Source: the human T2T-CHM13v2.0 reference genome, Homo sapiens. From it: a stretch of 64,000 nucleotides of DNA. Under the pieces are notes generated by a model that had not been told where the DNA came from, did no database searches, and worked only from the letters and a program-made list of their open reading frames with translations. Each line of letters opens with the position of its first letter. Positions within the stretch are counted from its first letter, which is position 1. Both the position numbers and the translations under genes were made by a program. This document shows positions 59,340 to 64,000 of the stretch, one piece after another. The DNA lies in the NCBI RefSeq assembly GCF_009914755.1, contig NC_060925.1. One strand, 5' to 3'.

Positions 59340-61771
59340 ACAGGAGATCTAGTGTTGGTCAAATCTCTCCCCTTTACCTCCCCATGTATGGATTCTTTGT
59401 GGGAAGGACCATACTCGGTAATCCTCTCTACCCCCACTGCAGTTAAGGTGGCAGGAATGGAATCTTGGATTCACCACATCCGAGTTAAATTTTGGACACC
59501 CTCTGAGGAACCTGAGGGACCATCAGCTCAGGAGTCCCAAGATCATCCAGACCAGCCTCGATACACCTGCGAACCGTTGGAGGACTTGCATGTGCTGTTT
59601 TGGAAGGAAACATCCAGACTAAAAGGGCTCCTACCACTGATCCTGAAAAAAACCCCTTCCTCCTTAAAAAAGATAAATGAAAACCTACGTAATCTTTATC
59701 TTTAACACTTCTCCTTGCCCCTTTGATGGAATCCTTTTACTATTTCATTATATTACTAAGCAGCATACTAACCATACTCTTCAGGATAGGACTATATACT
59801 GTAGCTCCTGCCAGGATGAAAATCTTAATCACATCAACCTTCTTTCTATTATCCTTCCTTCTGACAGCAATTTACTCCTACCTTTAACTCAGCCTGGATA
59901 AAATGATCTCGTCTTCCAGAGCACCCTCTTTACCTTCCCATTTACTCTTTGTCTATCTGTCCCCTCTGCTTCCTTGGATACCTCATACAATCACCCCTCC
60001 CCTTCCACTAGCTCCTAATTACCTCTATAAGACGCTCAACTTAACCCAGTCTCTGTTAAACCAGTCCAATCCTTCCCTGGCAAATGACTGTTGGCTTTGT
60101 ATCTCTCTATCCACCTCTGCTTATGTTGCCACTCCCATTCCCTCAAAAAATTGGGTCTTTACCAATTTAACCTACCATCCTTGTTATGAAGGAAAAGACC
60201 CTTTCCGACTTCTAAATATGCAATCATTAGCCAACTTCCCCATCTCTGATAGGACCAAGAATACCCTAACAGGATGTGCAATCCAATTTTTACGTTCTTA
60301 CATTTCCAACCTCACCTATTACACAAGCAATGAAAAGCCCATACATGGTCCTGTTACTATGAATACCATCTTAACTTTCCCCTTTATGCATCCAACGCAA
60401 CCTGTTATCAGGCCTGCCCCTGGGGCACCTACTACCCCATCAGTGTAATTACACCCTACAACTTCAAGCCCCAACTAATCATAGTAACTTCTGAGTCACT
60501 CAAACAGCTCCATTCAGATGGCTTGTCTGCTTCTCAGCACCTCCAAAAATCATCACCTCCTCCCTGCTTAACAAACAGTCCAGGTTTTGTAATGGCAAAC
60601 ATACTCCTTGCATGACCATTCACCCCTGGACCCCCTGTGGCAGCGCCCCCACCACTAGTGAATGCCTTCTCATCCCCTCTTCCAATCACTCTCTTGAATG
60701 GCTCCTAGTAGACACAAAACAATTTTTTCTCCAATGGGAAAATAGAACACAGGGAGCCACTCAGTTTGCTCCCAACACCCCTTTCCAGCCGCTCACTGGA
60801 GCTACCTTAGCAAGTACTCTAGGAGTATGGGAAAATGAAAACAACAAACTCACACACCTTTTTAACATACACAACCAGTTCTGTCTACCCAGCCAAGGTA
60901 TATTCTTATGTGCAATGTCAACCTATATCTGCCTCCCCACTAACTGGAGAGGCACCTGCACCTTAGTCTTTCTAAGTCCCAACATTAACATTGCCCCAGG
61001 AAATCAGACCCTATCAGTACCCCTCAAAGCTCAAGTCCCTCAGCACAGAGCCATACAACTAATACCCCTACTTACAGGGTTAGGAATGGCCACTGTTACA
61101 GGAACCAGAATAGCCAGTTTATCTACTTCATTATCCTACTACCACACACTCTCAAAGGATTTCTCAGACAGTTTGCAAGAGATAACGAAATCTATCCTTA
61201 CTCTACAATCCCAAATAGACTCTGTGGCAGCAGTGACTCTCCAAAACTGCCGAGGCCTAGACCGCCTCACTGCTGAGAAAGGAGGACTCTGCACCTTCTT
61301 AGGGGAAGAGTGTTGTTTTTACACTAACCAGTCAGGGATAGTATGAGATGCTGCCTGGCGTTTACAGGAAAAGGCTTCTGAAATCAGACAATGCCTTTCA
61401 AACTCTTATACCAATCTCTGGAGTTGGGCAACATGGCTTCTCCCCTTTCTAGGTCCCGTGGCAGCCATCTTGCTATTACTCGCCTTTGGGCAAGTAATTT
61501 TTAACCTCCTTGTCAAATTTGTTTCCTCTAGGATCGAGGCCATCAAGCTACAGATGGTCTTACAAATGGAACCCCAAATAAGCTCAACTAAAAACTTCTA
61601 CCGAGGACCTCTGGACCGACCCGCTGGCCCTTTCACTGGCCTAAAGAGTTCCCCTCTGGAGGACACTACAACTGCAGGGCCCCTTCTTCACCCCTATCCA
61701 GCAAGAAGTACCTAGAGCAGTCATTGCCCAATTTCCAACAGCAATTGGGGTGTCTTGTTTAGAGGGGGGAT
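59340..61771 (+). mobile_element. HERV9/ERV9 internal remnant: integrase C-terminus and env
   Basis: GDLVLVKSLP...WEGPYSVILSTPTAVKVAG..SWIHH is an integrase C-terminus. The env has a CWLC motif and LQNxRGLDxLTAEKGGLC..CC. Polypurine tract AGAGGGGGGA at 61761. Confidence 0.9.
59903..61715 (+). pseudogene. Disrupted gammaretroviral-type env
   Basis: Signal-like N-terminus, CXXC, immunosuppressive domain, CX6CC and transmembrane helix are all present. There is one frameshift near 60380 and TGA stops at 60492 and 61344. Confidence 0.88.
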
Positions 61772-62578
61772 TGAGAGGTGAAGCCGGCTGGGCTTCTGGG
61801 TTGGATGGGGACTTGGAGAACTTTTCTGTCTAACTAGAGGATTATAAACTCATCAATCAGCACTCTGTCTAGCTAAAGGATTGTAAATGCACCAATCAGC
61901 ACTCTCTAAAAATGCACCAATCAGCGCTCTGTGTCTAGCTAAAGGATTGTAAATGCACCAATCAGCACTCTTGTCTAGCTAAAGGATTATAAATGCACCA
62001 ATCAGCACTCTGTAAAAACGCACCAATTAGCACTCTGTGTCTAGTTAAAGGATTGTAAATGCACCAATCAGCACTCTGTAAAATGGACCAATCAGCAGGA
62101 TGTGGGCGGGGCCAAATAAGGGAATAAAAGCTGGCCACCCAAGCCAGCAGTGGCAACCAGCTTGGGTCCCCTTCCATGCTGTGGAAGCTTTGTTCTTTCG
62201 CTCTTCACAATAAATCTTGCTGCTGCTCACTCTGGGTTTGCACTACCTTTATGAGTTGTAACACTCACGGCAAGGGTCTATGGCTTCATTCCTGAGGTCA
62301 GCGAGACCACGAACCCACTGGGAGGAACAAACAATTCTGGACGCGCCACGTTTAAGAGCTGTAACACTCACTGCGAAGGTCTGTGGCTTCACTCCTGAAG
62401 TCAGCGAGACCACGAACCCACCGGAAGGAAGAAACTCCGGACACATCTGAACATCTGAAGGAATAAACTCTGGACAAACCATCTTTAAGAGCTGTAACAC
62501 TCACCGCAAGGGTCCACAGCTTCATTCTTGAAGTCAGCGAGACCAGGAACCCACCGGAAAGAATAAATTCCGGACACA
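61772..62578 (+). mobile_element. LTR12 (ERV9 3' LTR)
   Basis: TGAGAGGTGAAGCC...GGACACA termini, tandem GCACCAATCAGCACTCT repeats, GC box at 62103, AATAAA at 62123 and 62209, repeated U5 units. Confidence 0.93.
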
Positions 62579-62896
62579 ACATTTCTTTTTTCTTTGAGAC
62601 AGGGTCTCAGTGGCACAATCATAGCTCACTGCAGCCTCAACCTCCTGGGCTCAAGAGATCCTCCTGCCTCAGTCTCCTGAGTAGCTGGCACACCGCCATG
62701 CCCTGCCAATTTTTTTTGTAGAGACAGGGGTCTCACTGTGCTGCCTACACTGGTCTCGAGCTCCTGGTCTCAAGCAGTCCTCCCTCCTGGTCGTCCCAAA
62801 GTGCTGGGATTATAGGTGTGAGCCACCGTGCCTGGCCTCTTTTCTTCTTTTTTCCCTCCACATGTGTCTTATTTTTTTTATTTTTTTATTTTTTGA

Positions 62897-63136
<240 letters not shown>

Positions 63137-63139
63137 TGA

Positions 63140-63472
<333 letters not shown>

Positions 63473-63544
63473 TGAGCCTGGCCTCTATATAAGCCCTAAG
63501 TTCTAACCGCTCCTCTGAGTTACTCATCACTGAATTTCCGTTGC

Positions 63545-64000
63545 AGGTGATTCATGAGTTTCCAGGAAAGGGGTGGGTGATTTCCAGAATGAGGGTTCCT
63601 CCCCTTTTTAGACTATATAGGTAAACTTCTGGGCCAGGCATGGTGGCTCATGCCTGTAATCTCAGCACTTTGGAAGGCCAAGGCTGGCAGATCACTTGAG
63701 GTCAGGAGTTCAAGGACAGCCTGGCAAGCATGGAGAAATCCTGTCTCTACTAAAAATACAAAAATTAGCTGGGCGTGATGATGTGCTCCTGTACTCCCAG
63801 TTACTCAGGCAGCTGAGGCAGGAGAAGCCGGAGGCAGAGGTTGTGGTGAGCCAAGATTGTGCCACTGCACTCCAGCCTGGGTGACAGAGCAAGACCCTGT
63901 CTCAATAAACTAAACTAAACTAAAATAAATAAATAAAGGAATAGACTACATAGGCTAACTTCTGGATGTGGCTGTGGCATTTGTAAACTGTCATGGCGCT
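63545..64000 (-). mobile_element. MER41-family LTR (partial, runs off the window) with an Alu inserted at about 63631-63940
   Basis: The reverse complement matches recalled MER41 segments GCGCCATGACAGTTTACAAATGCC and GGGGAGGAACCCTCA...CCCCTTTCCTGGAAACTCATGAAT. Confidence 0.8.

Noticed and set aside
61850-62100. Regularly spaced repeats resembling a CRISPR-like array
   Set aside because: They are the standard LTR12 U3 tandem CCAAT repeats. There are no unique spacers, and the context is human.

Overview
This is Alu-dense human (primate) genomic DNA that I recognise as the ENO1 locus at 1p36.23. The complete alpha-enolase gene lies on the minus strand: non-coding exon 1 at about 42049-42155, and 11 coding exons from ATG 38378 to TAA 24824. 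All introns are GT-AG, and the exons sum to 1305 nt, or 434 aa. Associated features are a CpG-island promoter with the classic HIF-1 hypoxia response element and five CACGTG E-boxes, the intronic miR-6728 hairpin, and a probable intron-3 alternative first exon for MBP-1. Upstream of ENO1 lie a U6 pseudogene, an intact HMGN2 retrocopy inside an LTR8-like solo LTR, a 5'-truncated HERV9 provirus (pol end, disrupted env, LTR12) and a MER41 LTR with a GAS site. Nearly all ORFs in the supplied track are Alu-derived or GC-rich noise. I see no convincing wholly new biological system. The best leads are the LTR8-HMGN2 chimeric open frame, a piggyBac MER85 MITE in ENO1 intron 1, the near-intact HERV9 env, a templated insertion inside an AluY, and a serial Alu insertion hotspot. 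Repeat family and gene names come from recall of consensus sequences, not from a database search.
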